From Candidatus Saccharimonadia bacterium (GTDB taxonomy: Bacteria; Patescibacteriota; Saccharimonadia; UBA4664): DNA of 64,000 bases. The number at the start of each line of letters is the position of its first letter. The first letter of the stretch is position 1. The notes beneath the pieces are model-generated. The model had not been told where the DNA came from and searched no databases. It was given only the letters and a program-made list of their open reading frames with translations. Of this stretch, positions 1 to 10,145 are shown in pieces. The position numbers and the translations under genes are program-made. The DNA lies in assembly GCA_035479295.1 (NCBI GenBank), contig DATIIV010000033.1, positions 2,901-66,900 of the forward strand, read 5' to 3'.

Positions 1-396
1 GATGCTACGCCCAGCATCGGCCTGCCAATTCTCGGTCTTGTCGCTGCCGGTCAGCCAATCGAGACTCTAGGTACGCACGCCGAGACACTTGAGGTGCCGC
101 CATTTATGGTGGGCCGGCGCAACTCGTACGTGCTCCAGGTTAAAGGTGATTCTATGATCGACGAGGGCATCAATAACGAAGACTTCGTCGTAGTTCAAGA
201 GAAAGAGGTGCCCTCAAACGGCGAGATGGTCATTGCGCTCATCAATGGTCGCGAGGCCACCCTCAAACGCTACTACAAAGAGAAGGGTCATATCCGGCTG
301 CAGCCATCCAACGCTGCCATGGAGCCTATCATCATTAAGCCGGGCACGCCAATCGAGATCCAGGGCGTGGTGATCGGCCTGATTCGGAAGTACTAG
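1..396 (+). CDS. lexA: LexA repressor, 5'-truncated at window edge (S24 peptidase C-terminal domain present)
   Basis: Frame 1 is open from nt 1 and reads GLPILGLVAAGQPIE...VKGDSMIDEGI...GEMVIALINGREATLKRYY, a LexA linker plus catalytic Ser/Lys domain signature. Confidence 0.85.
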   Translation, partial: DATPSIGLPILGLVAAGQPIETLGTHAETLEVPPFMVGRRNSYVLQVKGDSMIDEGINNEDFVVVQEKEVPSNGEMVIALINGREATLKRYYKEKGHIRLQPSNAAMEPIIIKPGTPIEIQGVVIGLIRKY

Positions 397-613
397 AGAT
401 GCTGCCCGATCTTGTAAACTCTTTTCGCTGTCGTATCTACATCTCGCCGGCCGATAGTTTTCAGCCCCTCTTGCCGACGAGTGTACGGCCGCGACGAGTC
501 GCAGCCTTTGAGCCCATCACGTACGAGGAGCTCTTCAGCTCAGGGCTACAGCCGCTACTGGTGGTATTTAATAGCCTCCAAGAGGCGGCTTCCTAATTTT
601 TGTGCAGGTAGAA

Positions 614-1000
614 TTAAGTGGCCGGAGCTAAGCGCTCCATTACTTTGCGATAGAGATCTTCGATGGTCCAGTCGGCCTTAACCAGAAAATCATAGGCGTC
701 ATTGTTGACCGCCTCGTAGACCTTCTCGGAGTCGCTCAGGTTTGTCAGAACGATTACTGGCAGTTTGCGGCCCTCTGGGTGCTCACGTAGTTTCTGTAGC
801 ATGGTCATGCCGTCCATTTTGGGCAGAACAATGTCGAGCAGAATGATATTTGGCTTTTTGGTCAAGGCTGCGTCGAGTCCGGCTTGGCCGTCCTGGGCGG
901 TAACCACCTCAAAGTTCTCACTCTTAAACTTATCGCTTAACACACTCAATAGCTCAGACTCGTCCTCAACGATTAAGATGGTGCGGGTGATGGGGGTCAT
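614..1000 (-). CDS. Single-domain response regulator (CheY-like receiver)
   Basis: ILIVEDE...LLDIVLPKMDG...VIVLTNLSD receiver motifs. It overlaps the histidine kinase gene by 4 nt, indicating one operon. Confidence 0.8.
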   Translation of the reverse strand: MTPITRTILIVEDESELLSVLSDKFKSENFEVVTAQDGQAGLDAALTKKPNIILLDIVLPKMDGMTMLQKLREHPEGRKLPVIVLTNLSDSEKVYEAVNNDAYDFLVKADWTIEDLYRKVMERLAPAT

Positions 1001-2499
1001 AGGGATCTCCTTATGGTTGCCAGTGGCGGCTTAGGTTTGGGCGGTTTGACGGAATCGTGAGCCAAGGCCAGAGGCAGTGCCACATAAAAGGTCGAGCCGT
1101 GATCTTCCTCTGACTCAAACCATATACGCCCTTGGAGCTTTTCGACAATAGCTTTTGCTACATATAGCCCCAATCCGGACCCATCGGTAACGAGCGCTCG
1201 AGCGTTATCGGCTCGAAATAACTTGGTAAATATCTTGCGCTGGGCCGGGCGGGGAATGCCGCAGCCTGTATCGGCCACGCTAATAACCAGATCTTGGCCC
1301 TGGGTGGCGATTCTTATATTAACGCTGCCTGGCTCCGGAGTGTAGTGAAGAGCGTTGGATATGAGGTTCTGGAGCACCACGCGGATTAACTCGGGGTCGG
1401 TTTGGAGGCGCGGCAGATGCTCGGCCGAGGTTAAGGTGAACCGAATAGCTTTGTGCTCAAGCATGGCGGCTAAGTCGCGAGCTAAGGTTTCGGCTACCGC
1501 CGTGATATCGGTGGGCTTGGGGTGAACCTTAAGGCTACCCATCTCTATGCGCGAGACATGCAGCAGCACATCGATCTGTTCGATCATGCGTCGGTTGGCG
1601 GCATGGATTGTGAGTAAGTACCGGCGCAGGTCGGGATGAAGCTCATGTTTGGCCAGATCAAGGGCCGCCTCGGCATACCATTTAACGGTAGTAAGCGGGG
1701 TACGCAGCTGATGAGAGGCGATAGAGATAATCTCGGTTTTGGCGCGGTCCAGATTGACCTCTTGGCTAATATCGCGCAAGAGACAGACCGCGCCAACAGT
1801 GCGCCGGCCAAAAATAACGGGCGCGGCCGCAATAGCCACCGCGACGGGCGAAACGGAGCTGGGCGAGGGCGGGGAAGACTTGGCGGACTTGCGGGGGCTT
1901 TTAGTGTGCACGGAGCCGCCCGGCACCGGCACTAAATACAGTTGTGCCGCCATGCCGCAGTCCACCTTGCGCCCGGTTGTGAGCGCCATAGCGGCTGGCT
2001 GCTCGGTTGTCGGTCGGCGATGGCCGGCCTGATCCTGCAGAGGCGCCAGTTCAAAGTACGACTGGCCCAGTGCTTGCTCTCGCGGGCAACCTAGCAGCAC
2101 CGCCGCCGGCTCATTAATAAAAGTAACGCGGCCGGTCTTATCGATCATCACTAGGCCATCGCCGATACCACCCAGAATAGCCTCATCGATGGCCTTCTCT
2201 TGCTCGAGCGCTCGATTGGCCGCACGCAAGTGGCGTATGGCATTAGTGTTCTCGGTAATCTTGCTGCGGATAACGCCGAGCATGAGCTGAACCCCCACAA
2301 ACAGCTCGGTTAGCTCCCCTTGCTGGTGCGGCCGAGGCACATTTTGTGAAAAGTCACCAATGGCTGCTTTGGCAAAGATGGGAAGGAGAAGATCAAGCTT
2401 AGCCATAACTGACTGTTGGTAGCGCTCCAGCTCGGGATTTGGCTGGCTGGTCACAAGATAACCGAGGCGAGACGAGTCTGCCGCGACGAAGAAGCGCAA
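997..2499 (-). CDS. Sensor histidine kinase (PAS, HisKA, HATPase_c) with Ala/Pro/Ser-rich linker
   Basis: H-box HQLRTPLTTVKWYAE and G-boxes DTGCGIP...GSGLGLYVAKAIV. A PAS-like segment lies upstream of a low-complexity SPPSPSSVSP linker. Confidence 0.8.
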   Translation of the reverse strand: MRFFVAADSSRLGYLVTSQPNPELERYQQSVMAKLDLLLPIFAKAAIGDFSQNVPRPHQQGELTELFVGVQLMLGVIRSKITENTNAIRHLRAANRALEQEKAIDEAILGGIGDGLVMIDKTGRVTFINEPAAVLLGCPREQALGQSYFELAPLQDQAGHRRPTTEQPAAMALTTGRKVDCGMAAQLYLVPVPGGSVHTKSPRKSAKSSPPSPSSVSPVAVAIAAAPVIFGRRTVGAVCLLRDISQEVNLDRAKTEIISIASHQLRTPLTTVKWYAEAALDLAKHELHPDLRRYLLTIHAANRRMIEQIDVLLHVSRIEMGSLKVHPKPTDITAVAETLARDLAAMLEHKAIRFTLTSAEHLPRLQTDPELIRVVLQNLISNALHYTPEPGSVNIRIATQGQDLVISVADTGCGIPRPAQRKIFTKLFRADNARALVTDGSGLGLYVAKAIVEKLQGRIWFESEEDHGSTFYVALPLALAHDSVKPPKPKPPLATIRRSL

Positions 2500-2655
2500 C
2501 GACCTTGGCGTCTAGGAGGAAGGTTAGGGCTTGGCATACTAAAACGGCGTCTCTCTAATAAAGCTTATGGTTAAGATAGCACGTTACAGCTAGCCGCAGA
2601 CAGGCGCTTTGCCAGCTTTTTGCCCACTAGACCAAACCAAAACTAGAGATTTGCA

Positions 2656-3606
2656 TCAAGCCGCAGTTAATGTCGGTCGATCCGGCATGGCCAACGCCTG
2701 CATGAGCGCCCGGGCCAGGCGGTAGCGGCCAGCTTCCTGATGATGCGCGATGAGCCGACCAACCGGTTGACGGTGCTGGGCGTCGTGCAAAAAGAAGGTG
2801 TCGTCGGCATAAGTCTTAAGAAACTGAGCCGGCGCCGCACCGGGCGTGAGCGCCTGAACATGATGGGCCAGGAGCACAAAAGCGTCGTAGCAGTCGCGTT
2901 GAGGCTTGCTGGCATTGCGCAGGGGCCGAGCCAGATCCAGTGCATACTGAAAGGTGCGAGCCAGCTGCAGAAACTCGTCGGTGTCGAGCAGGATGTCGAG
3001 AGCGTTATCGAGTGCATCGGCGTAGCCTGCCGAGGCCGGGGCCAGCTGCTCAATCTTAACCTCGTGCTCCTCGAGAAACAGCTCCACGGCCTGCCACGTA
3101 GCAGCTAGTTTGGTCTCTAGCGCGGCCTTGGCTTTAAGGCCAAAGTCGCCGGTCTGGACCTGGCCCAGATAGTCCACTAGCAGGCTGGCCGGTGGCAGCT
3201 CGTCCAATAATTGAGCCAGATCGGTCACCGACAGCTTGGTGGTGAGGTAGACACTGAGGCAGTTAGCCGGCAGCAGCCGTAGCTGGTTTGGCCGTACAAA
3301 GTAAGCTTGCGCGCCCGGCTCTTCGTGCGGCGGCCCGGTTACAAAGCTCATATGCTGCATGTGAGTAATGGTGTGGGTGTACTTTAAAATATCGTCGGCA
3401 CTTATGGCTGTTAGTCGCCGCCGTTGCAATATTCTGGCTATCTTAAGCCATTGCTTGTGAGCTAGGGCCATCATAGCGGCCGGCTCTTCGCACACGATCA
3501 GCGCGGTGCCTAGGTGCTGTCGGGCGTGTAGGTGGCGCATTACGTCGGCCGCCAGGTTAGTCTGCTCTAAGTGAATCCGTCGGCGAGTCTCTAGATATCG
3601 CGCCAT
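2656..3606 (-). CDS. Hypothetical protein (316 aa)
   Basis: Long ORF with GC3-rich codon usage. No motif recognised. Confidence 0.4.
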   Translation of the reverse strand: MARYLETRRRIHLEQTNLAADVMRHLHARQHLGTALIVCEEPAAMMALAHKQWLKIARILQRRRLTAISADDILKYTHTITHMQHMSFVTGPPHEEPGAQAYFVRPNQLRLLPANCLSVYLTTKLSVTDLAQLLDELPPASLLVDYLGQVQTGDFGLKAKAALETKLAATWQAVELFLEEHEVKIEQLAPASAGYADALDNALDILLDTDEFLQLARTFQYALDLARPLRNASKPQRDCYDAFVLLAHHVQALTPGAAPAQFLKTYADDTFFLHDAQHRQPVGRLIAHHQEAGRYRLARALMQALAMPDRPTLTAA

Positions 3607-3636
3607 TGTGCTGTGCCTCCAACCATTTGTTCTTTT

Positions 3637-4305
3637 TTATAGTAAATGGTGCTGTCGAAAACTAAAATAGTCTGTTTTGCTAATAATCAGATGATCGCGC
3701 AGAGCCACCCCCAGGAGCTGCCCGGCCGCCGCCAGTTGTTGCGTAAGTGTGATGTCTTGCGCGCTGGGGTTAAGGTCGCCCGACGGATGATTGTGGGCCA
3801 CAATCACGCTGGCGGCGCGGTCTACAATGGCGTCGGCGAAGACCTCGCGCGGATGAGCCAGCACCGTGTCGAGCGTGCCGATGGTAACGATGCGCTGAGC
3901 GATCAGCCGCTGGCCGCCGTCGAGCGATAGCGCCACCACGTACTCTTGCTGCTTGGTGCGAATATCGTCGAGCCGAGCCACGATGTCGCTCATGGTGCGC
4001 AGCGGCTCGATGTCTTTGATGAGGTGGCGCTTGGCTAGCTCCATGGCGGCCAGCAGCTTGCCGGCGTGGGCCGTGCTGACGCCATGAAGGTTAGTAAGAG
4101 CCTCGTAGCTGAGGCCCGAGGCGCCTTTTTGCAGGAGCTTCTGCACCTGTCGGGCGATCTGGCCGACGTCGGCGCCGGCCGTACCGTTACCAATGAGTAC
4201 CTCGAGCAGCTCGAAGTCGGACAGGGCGGCCGCGCCCTTGCGCCGCAGCTTTTCGCGCGGACGGTCGAGGGCGGGTAATTCGTGGATGCGGCGGCGTTTT
4301 GGCAT
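3637..4305 (-). CDS. radC: RadC-like JAMM family protein (UPF0758)
   Basis: N-terminal LPALDRPREKL... HhH region and C-terminal JAMM motif HNHPSGDLNPSAQD. Confidence 0.8.
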   Translation of the reverse strand: MPKRRRIHELPALDRPREKLRRKGAAALSDFELLEVLIGNGTAGADVGQIARQVQKLLQKGASGLSYEALTNLHGVSTAHAGKLLAAMELAKRHLIKDIEPLRTMSDIVARLDDIRTKQQEYVVALSLDGGQRLIAQRIVTIGTLDTVLAHPREVFADAIVDRAASVIVAHNHPSGDLNPSAQDITLTQQLAAAGQLLGVALRDHLIISKTDYFSFRQHHLL

Positions 4306-4519
4306 ACCATGCAGTGTAGCAGAGGCTGCCGGCTGCGACCATCTCAGCGCTTCCTCAGCTGGTCTTGGTACGATCTGCTCGTCGATTCTTGCCCAACCAC
4401 TCCCTTAAGGTGAGCTTCGGCATAACACCATCGGCCCCTCGCGGGGCCGATTTTTTGGTTGAGCCAGCATATTATTGACAAATCCGGTCATTAGATAGAG
4501 CATAAGAAGTAAGCAATTT

Positions 4520-4966
4520 ATGGTGGGCACTATGTTCAAACATCTCCGCAGCAAGCAAGGTTTTACGCTCCTCGAGCTCTTGATCGTCATCGTCATCATT
4601 GGTATCTTGGCGTTGTTGATCATTCCTAATATCACCTCGGCGCCCAAGAAGGCGCGCGACACCCAGCGCAAGACCGACCTTAAGGCCATTCAAAAGGGCC
4701 TCGAGGAGTACTTTGTGTCGAATAACGTCTACCCCAACGCTCTCAGTGATCTCACGGCCAGCAACCCGCCGATCCTGAAGACGGTGCCGACCGACCCCAA
4801 GAATAGCGGCGAGTACGTTTACACCTACACTCCAGCTAACACCAACAGCACCTACACGCTGCACGGTTGTTTGGAGAATGGCGGTGATTCGGGCACCGGT
4901 GTGGTGAGCGGCGACTCGGCCTGCACCAGCACTAGCAAGGGCTTCCAGCTGGTTAACAACAACTAG
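4520..4966 (+). CDS. Type IV pilin / pseudopilin with prepilin-type N-terminal cleavage/methylation domain
   Basis: MFKHLRSKQG|FTLLELLIVIVIIGILA is a classic class III signal. Start is ATG at 4520 or 4532. Confidence 0.75.
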   Translation: MVGTMFKHLRSKQGFTLLELLIVIVIIGILALLIIPNITSAPKKARDTQRKTDLKAIQKGLEEYFVSNNVYPNALSDLTASNPPILKTVPTDPKNSGEYVYTYTPANTNSTYTLHGCLENGGDSGTGVVSGDSACTSTSKGFQLVNNN

Positions 4967-4985
4967 TGGCCAGCGCTCTCCGGCG

Positions 4986-6056
4986 CTACGACGAGCGGCC
5001 CTGGCCTGACGGCTGGGGCCGCTTAAGTTTGCGGGCTACTTGCCGCATATCCTCGTGCTGATCAAACTCGTCGCGAATCTCCCGGTCGATGATCTCCTCG
5101 AGCACATCCTCGATGGTGACGATGCCGAGCACTTCAGAGAACTCATTGATCACGACCGACAGGTGGCTGCGCGACTTGAGAAAGGCGTTGAGGGTGTCGT
5201 CGAGGTGGTCGTTCTCGTTAACGAAGCGGACGCTGGGCCGGGCGATCTCGGCCACGGTTTTGGCGCCCAGCTTAAGGCCGATGAGGTCCTTGGCGTAGAG
5301 GATGCCGATGATGTTATCTTGGCTGGCCCGATATGCCGGCAGCCGCGAGAAGCCGGCCTGTTTGAGCTCCTTGATGAATTTGGCGTCGATGAGCGCCTCG
5401 GCCGGGAGCATGCGGGCGACGCTTCGTGGCGTCATCACCTCGCGAATGAGCCGGTCGCCAAAGTTGAGCGCCCCGGTGGCGATACGCACCTCGTCTTGGT
5501 CGAGGCCGCTCTCATGGTGGTCGCGGTGCTCCTCGATGATGCGCGCCAGCTCGGGCTTGGAGTAGACGGTGGGCAGCTCGTCGCCCAGGATTCGGTCGAG
5601 CGCCCAGGCAATCGGCGCACAGACGGGGTAGAGCACGATCATGAGTAGGCGCACCAGGCCGGTAAACTGCGCGCCGATGCGCAGAGCGTAGCGAGCCACG
5701 ATGGCCTGCGGCACAATCTCGCCAAAAACCGTGATGAGCACGGTGGTGAGCAGGCCGGCCACCACGCCGTGGTAGACCGAATCAAGCACGATCGACAGTG
5801 CCGAGATGGCCGCCACGTTGCCCGTTAGGAGCGTTACGAGCAGCAGATTGCCACGCACCCGCACGCGGTAAACCTTGCGAGCGTCCTTGTCGCCCAGTTC
5901 GGCTTTGCGCCTAAGCTCGAAGGTATCGAGGCTCATCAGACCCAGATTGAGGCCGGAGAAAATTGCCGCGAGCACTACCAGTGTCGCTGCGATCACAATT
6001 AACATAGTGAGTATTGTAGGCCAGGCGTGGCGGCTATACAAATGAGCATTATCCAA
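4986..6056 (-). CDS. HlyC/CorC (CNNM) family transporter: DUF21 membrane domain, CBS pair, CorC_HlyC C-terminus
   Basis: TM-rich N-terminus, CBS-like ...IARMLPAEALIDAKF..., and a C-terminal transporter-associated domain. The start is a TTG at 6056 or an internal ATG at 6005, and neither has a clear SD. Confidence 0.75.
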   Translation of the reverse strand: MDNAHLYSRHAWPTILTMLIVIAATLVVLAAIFSGLNLGLMSLDTFELRRKAELGDKDARKVYRVRVRGNLLLVTLLTGNVAAISALSIVLDSVYHGVVAGLLTTVLITVFGEIVPQAIVARYALRIGAQFTGLVRLLMIVLYPVCAPIAWALDRILGDELPTVYSKPELARIIEEHRDHHESGLDQDEVRIATGALNFGDRLIREVMTPRSVARMLPAEALIDAKFIKELKQAGFSRLPAYRASQDNIIGILYAKDLIGLKLGAKTVAEIARPSVRFVNENDHLDDTLNAFLKSRSHLSVVINEFSEVLGIVTIEDVLEEIIDREIRDEFDQHEDMRQVARKLKRPQPSGQGRSS

Positions 6057-6315
6057 ACCCGTTTGATCGCAGGATTGGCTTCATCTACAATGGGGCCAAC
6101 GAATGAAGCCTCGCAATAAATTACCTTTATACACGGTAGTGGTAGCGGCGGGCCGGGGATCGCGCATGGCGAGCGCGACTCCGAAGCTGATGGTATTTTG
6201 ACTCAACAATCTAACTTCTATGTAGACTCACTCTGACAGAATGTGACTCTGGGCAAAGGGTTGTAGGCTGCTTCGTGGCCTAGACAACCAGATTACCGTC
6301 CCTTACAATCCGGTC

Positions 6316-7392
6316 ATGAGACTTGCAATTATCGTTGGTACGCGGCCCGAGATCATTAAGATGAGCCCAATTATTGTAGCCTGCCAGGAGCGTGGCCTGG
6401 ACTTCTCGGTTATTAATACCCGACAACATTTTTCGGACAACATGAACACTAGCTTCTTCCACGATCTAGAGCTGCCGCCCCCGGTCTTTACTCTAGAGAC
6501 TGCCTCAGGATCACATGGCACGCAATTTGCCTCCATGCTGCCAAAGCTCGAAGAGCTTTTTGAGACAAATTCCTTTGATATTGTCCTGGTGCAAGGTGAC
6601 ACTAATACGGTATTTGCGGGTGCGTTTATGGCGAGCAGGCAAGGTATTGCCATCGGTCATGTCGAGGCAGGGCTGCGCTCTGGTGATAAGTCAATGCCAG
6701 AAGAAACCAATCGCATAATGGTCGATCATATCGCAGATTTTTGTTTTGCCACGAGCGAGACTACGCTAAACAACCTGCATCTTGAAGGCCTTAAAGGTCC
6801 GCATATCCTCAATGTAGGCAATACGGTAGTTGACGCGACGATGCGCGGACTTGAGCTTGCTCGTCGCTCCGTGGAAAAAGCTGCATTCTCACCACCGAAG
6901 CAGCCCTATATGCTGGTCACTATTCATCGAGCCTCAAATGTCGACAACCCGGAGACACTGCAGGGTATCATGGATGGCATACATGAATCGCTTGAGCGTC
7001 ATGGCTTAGTAGCTATCTTTCCAGTTCATCCGCGAACAAATAAGCAGATCATAGCAAACAACATCAAGCTGCCCAGTAAAATGAAGCTTATAGAGCCTCT
7101 AGGCTACTTGGATTTTTTGCGGCTTCATTCAGGGGCAACTATTATGCTAACCGACTCTGGCGGAGTTCAAGAAGAGGCTTGTATTATGCATGTGCCTTGC
7201 GTGACGGTGCGCGAGAATACCGAACGTCCGGAAACGATTGACATAGGTGCAAATTTGCTAGGAAGGACAGACCCTAAGTCGATCGTTCACGCTGTAGATC
7301 ATATGCTAAAAGCGCCGAAGAACTGGGACATACCCTATGGCGATGGAACTGCTGGCGCAAAGATAGTTGACGCGATCTTAAATTCTAAGTAG
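6316..7392 (+). CDS. wecB: UDP-N-acetylglucosamine 2-epimerase (non-hydrolysing)
   Basis: MRLAIIVGTRPEIIKMSPII... HVEAGLRS... TDSGGVQEEA match the WecB/MnaA signature. About 48% GC, well below the window average. Confidence 0.85.
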   Translation: MRLAIIVGTRPEIIKMSPIIVACQERGLDFSVINTRQHFSDNMNTSFFHDLELPPPVFTLETASGSHGTQFASMLPKLEELFETNSFDIVLVQGDTNTVFAGAFMASRQGIAIGHVEAGLRSGDKSMPEETNRIMVDHIADFCFATSETTLNNLHLEGLKGPHILNVGNTVVDATMRGLELARRSVEKAAFSPPKQPYMLVTIHRASNVDNPETLQGIMDGIHESLERHGLVAIFPVHPRTNKQIIANNIKLPSKMKLIEPLGYLDFLRLHSGATIMLTDSGGVQEEACIMHVPCVTVRENTERPETIDIGANLLGRTDPKSIVHAVDHMLKAPKNWDIPYGDGTAGAKIVDAILNSK

Positions 7393-7419
7393 TTCTCTTC
7401 ATTTTGCTATAATCATGGC

Positions 7420-8208
7420 GTGCCAAAACCTATGCTGCACGCCATACCCGACCATGTACTGTCGGGCACGTTCAAAACCGCTTTTGTGTCTCGATCGGAA
7501 TCAAACTGGGTCGATCAAATCATCGAAAAGCTCAACTGTGACGGTCTTGCTACCTTTGATGGTGTGACCTCCACTGCAGAATTCCTTGAGTTTGCGGCCT
7601 GCTTTGGTGAGGTACGAGTCCATCCTCAGACGGACCAGCACGGCATAACAACTATGACTACAAGCGATAAATACCACATTCAGAGTGGTATTGTAGAGAC
7701 GCCGTTCGCAAAAGAGCAATTGTTCCATACGGATGGGTCAAAGATGGTTGATCCTCCTGGAGTGGTGGCAATTTATTGCGAGGCTCCCGATCCCAACACT
7801 CCGAGAGTCAACGTTTTTGCCCATGGCGGAACTTTGTTTGAGAGGCTGGTCGAGGAGAATCCCAATCTGCTGGAGGTGCTTCGACAGCCGATCGATTTTG
7901 GTGAATTCAGAAGCCCTGTCTTTACAACCCGTGAGGATGGTCTCACTAGCGTCCGTTTTAGGCAGGCGCCTGAACCTCCCAAGATGGATCTTCCCGATGA
8001 AGTTCGCTTTGCGGTTGATGCCAGACTGCGGCAGCCTGATCTGCTACTTGGCGTTACGCTATCTCAGGGGCAAGGTGTTATATTTAATAACCACATTATG
8101 CTCCACGGCCTAGGGAGGTCATTCGGCATAGGTCGGGTTGCAAAGCGGGTTCAGCTTACAACTGGCCCGGATTCGCCAATAAAGGCGGGGTTTAGGCTAC
8201 AAGCCTAG
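7420..8208 (+). CDS. TauD/TfdA-like Fe(II)/2-oxoglutarate-dependent dioxygenase (putative)
   Basis: HTDGS (HxD) followed downstream by HIMLHG, compatible with a 2-His-1-carboxylate facial triad. Low GC. Start is GTG at 7420 or ATG at 7432, immediately after an extended -10 (TGcTATAAT, 7405-7413). Confidence 0.5.
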   Translation: MPKPMLHAIPDHVLSGTFKTAFVSRSESNWVDQIIEKLNCDGLATFDGVTSTAEFLEFAACFGEVRVHPQTDQHGITTMTTSDKYHIQSGIVETPFAKEQLFHTDGSKMVDPPGVVAIYCEAPDPNTPRVNVFAHGGTLFERLVEENPNLLEVLRQPIDFGEFRSPVFTTREDGLTSVRFRQAPEPPKMDLPDEVRFAVDARLRQPDLLLGVTLSQGQGVIFNNHIMLHGLGRSFGIGRVAKRVQLTTGPDSPIKAGFRLQA

Positions 8209-8289
8209 AGCAAGCATGTGAATATAAGTTCTCGCCTACCCAGTAGGGGTGACCACTCAGAGCTTTGCCTTGAGCAGTGAGCTTCACAA

Positions 8290-8324
8290 GCGCTCCATGC
8301 CATCGGTATGGAGCGCCTTTTTTG
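8290..8324 (+). terminator. Rho-independent terminator after the TauD-like gene
   Basis: GCGCTCCAT-gccatcggt-ATGGAGCGC stem followed by TTTTTT. Confidence 0.5.
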
Positions 8325-8490
8325 GGCCCTGAGTGCCGGCAAAACTTGACCTCATGCCGGTTATGATTGATAAAATTATTGAACAAACGCCGGGCATACT
8401 TTATACTCGGTCACGGCGTGTACGCGCTGTGCCGCCACAAATGGCCCTTTCAGACTCAGACCATGTTCCCGAGGATAAGGGATTGATCTC

Positions 8491-9516
8491 GTGTCGACGA
8501 CGTCAACACTGGAACGCAACGAGTCGAGTGTAGGTTCCTTAGGAGACGCCCCGGCTGTGCCGGCAGTCGAACTCCCGCAAGTCTCCCGCCGAAAGCTGCT
8601 GAAGAGCCTGTTGGCCCCGGAAGCGCTCTTGGCTACCGATGTTGCTCTGCATGAGCAGGCCAACCGCCCGCCCCGCGTTGACCAGTTTCGCCTCTGGGCG
8701 GTGGCTGCCAAGCAGCGCTTTAGCCCCTGGATGGCACTGGTGGCCGGCTTAGCGGCGCTAGTGTCATGTAGTGCTCAGGTGATCCGCTGGGTCTTGGTGA
8801 GCACTCAGGGCGTCACGCTGGGCTGGCCGCTGACCGCGCTGATCTTTGCTGCCATCAAGTATGGCCGGCAGAGGCCTCATCGCACAAGCGGCGGGGCCAC
8901 CTACCGCCGTCAGGTGCGGCTCAGCCTTGCCCTGTCGTTCGAGCTTATATGCACGAACGCGGTGTTGCTAGGGGTGTTGCTGTGCTACGGCGCCAACCTC
9001 TTCAACGGGATATTCTACATCACGATTGGCCTGTGGGTCTTCGGTGCGCTTAGGACAGTGAGGCGCTGGAACCGAGAAACGAGTAATCACCGGTTCGTCC
9101 GCGCCGGCATTCTGGTGAATATTGTGCCGATGTATCTGCAGGCGGCCAACTACCTCATCGTCGGGGTTGGCGGTATGCCGCTGTGGAATCTGGCGGTGCT
9201 CGAAGCACTCACGCTGGGCGCCTTTGTCATCTCCACCTGGCCCTTCGATGACGGCCGCCGCGGCCGTCTGAACCGAAAAAGGGCATTCCAGGCCGGCAGT
9301 TACGTCACCTTTAGGCTGACGCGCCACGAGTTGGTGGCTCAGAGTACGCTCGGCCTTTGCGGCCTGATCAGCTACTTCTGGCTGCCGGGCGGCCATCTGG
9401 ATGTGCCATGGAACATTTTGGAGGGTTTGATGCTGCACGCCTGGGACAGCCTGAACGCCTATCTGTCCTCGTTCCATCTCCATTTTCTGGGGGATCCCGC
9501 ACAAGTTATCGCCTAG
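8491..9516 (+). CDS. Hypothetical polytopic membrane protein
   Basis: 341-aa ORF with multiple hydrophobic helices. No recognised motif. Confidence 0.45.
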   Translation: MSTTSTLERNESSVGSLGDAPAVPAVELPQVSRRKLLKSLLAPEALLATDVALHEQANRPPRVDQFRLWAVAAKQRFSPWMALVAGLAALVSCSAQVIRWVLVSTQGVTLGWPLTALIFAAIKYGRQRPHRTSGGATYRRQVRLSLALSFELICTNAVLLGVLLCYGANLFNGIFYITIGLWVFGALRTVRRWNRETSNHRFVRAGILVNIVPMYLQAANYLIVGVGGMPLWNLAVLEALTLGAFVISTWPFDDGRRGRLNRKRAFQAGSYVTFRLTRHELVAQSTLGLCGLISYFWLPGGHLDVPWNILEGLMLHAWDSLNAYLSSFHLHFLGDPAQVIA

Positions 9517-9605
9517 GAGGCACTGGGGACTGGGGAACATTTTGCACCACTCTAACGTGGCTCCACGGGCCGGCGGACAACGATGTCTGCCGGCCCGCAA
9601 CCGTT

Positions 9606-10145
9606 TTAATCGCGCAAAACGGTGATGTGGCCCGTCTCGGCGATCTGAATAAGTTTGGAGGCGCGAGTGCTGGTGCGGCCGCGGCGATAAAAATCGACCG
9701 CGTCGCCAAAGTAGGCCCGCGCCTCGGCCAGCGTGGCAGCCGGCGGCAGCCCCTCAGGGTTGGCGCTTGGCGCGATCAGCGGGCCGGCCTGCCGCAAAAA
9801 CCGCCGTAGCGCCGGCTTGCCCGGCAGCCGAAACGCCAGGCTGCGTGTGCCACGGTGCAGGTACGCCAGGTCGGCCCGCGGGCAGGGCAGAATCACGCTG
9901 ACCGGCCCCGGCCAGTAGGCGCTTAGCTGCTGCCGGAGCTCGGCCGTCGGCTCGATGCCGAAGCCCGCCAGATCCTCGTAGCGGCCAATCAGGATGATGC
10001 ACGGCTTGCTCGGCCGGCGGTGCTTGAGCTGATAGACCCGCTCTACGGTCGCGCGGTCCAGCGCCGGCGCTACCACGCCGTACAACGTGTCGGTGGCCAA
10101 GACGCCCACGCCACCCGCCCGCAAAATACCGATTACCCGTTTCAT
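9606..10145 (-). CDS. tsaC: L-threonylcarbamoyladenylate synthase, TsaC/YrdC family
   Basis: VLATDTLYGVVAPALD...VYQLKHRRPSKPCIILI matches the YrdC fold signature. Confidence 0.8.
   Translation of the reverse strand: MKRVIGILRAGGVGVLATDTLYGVVAPALDRATVERVYQLKHRRPSKPCIILIGRYEDLAGFGIEPTAELRQQLSAYWPGPVSVILPCPRADLAYLHRGTRSLAFRLPGKPALRRFLRQAGPLIAPSANPEGLPPAATLAEARAYFGDAVDFYRRGRTSTRASKLIQIAETGHITVLRD

Noticed and set aside
4474-4500. Possible divergent promoter TTGACA between radC and the pilin gene
   Set aside because: I could not place a convincing -10 at 16-18 nt spacing, so it is left unannotated.
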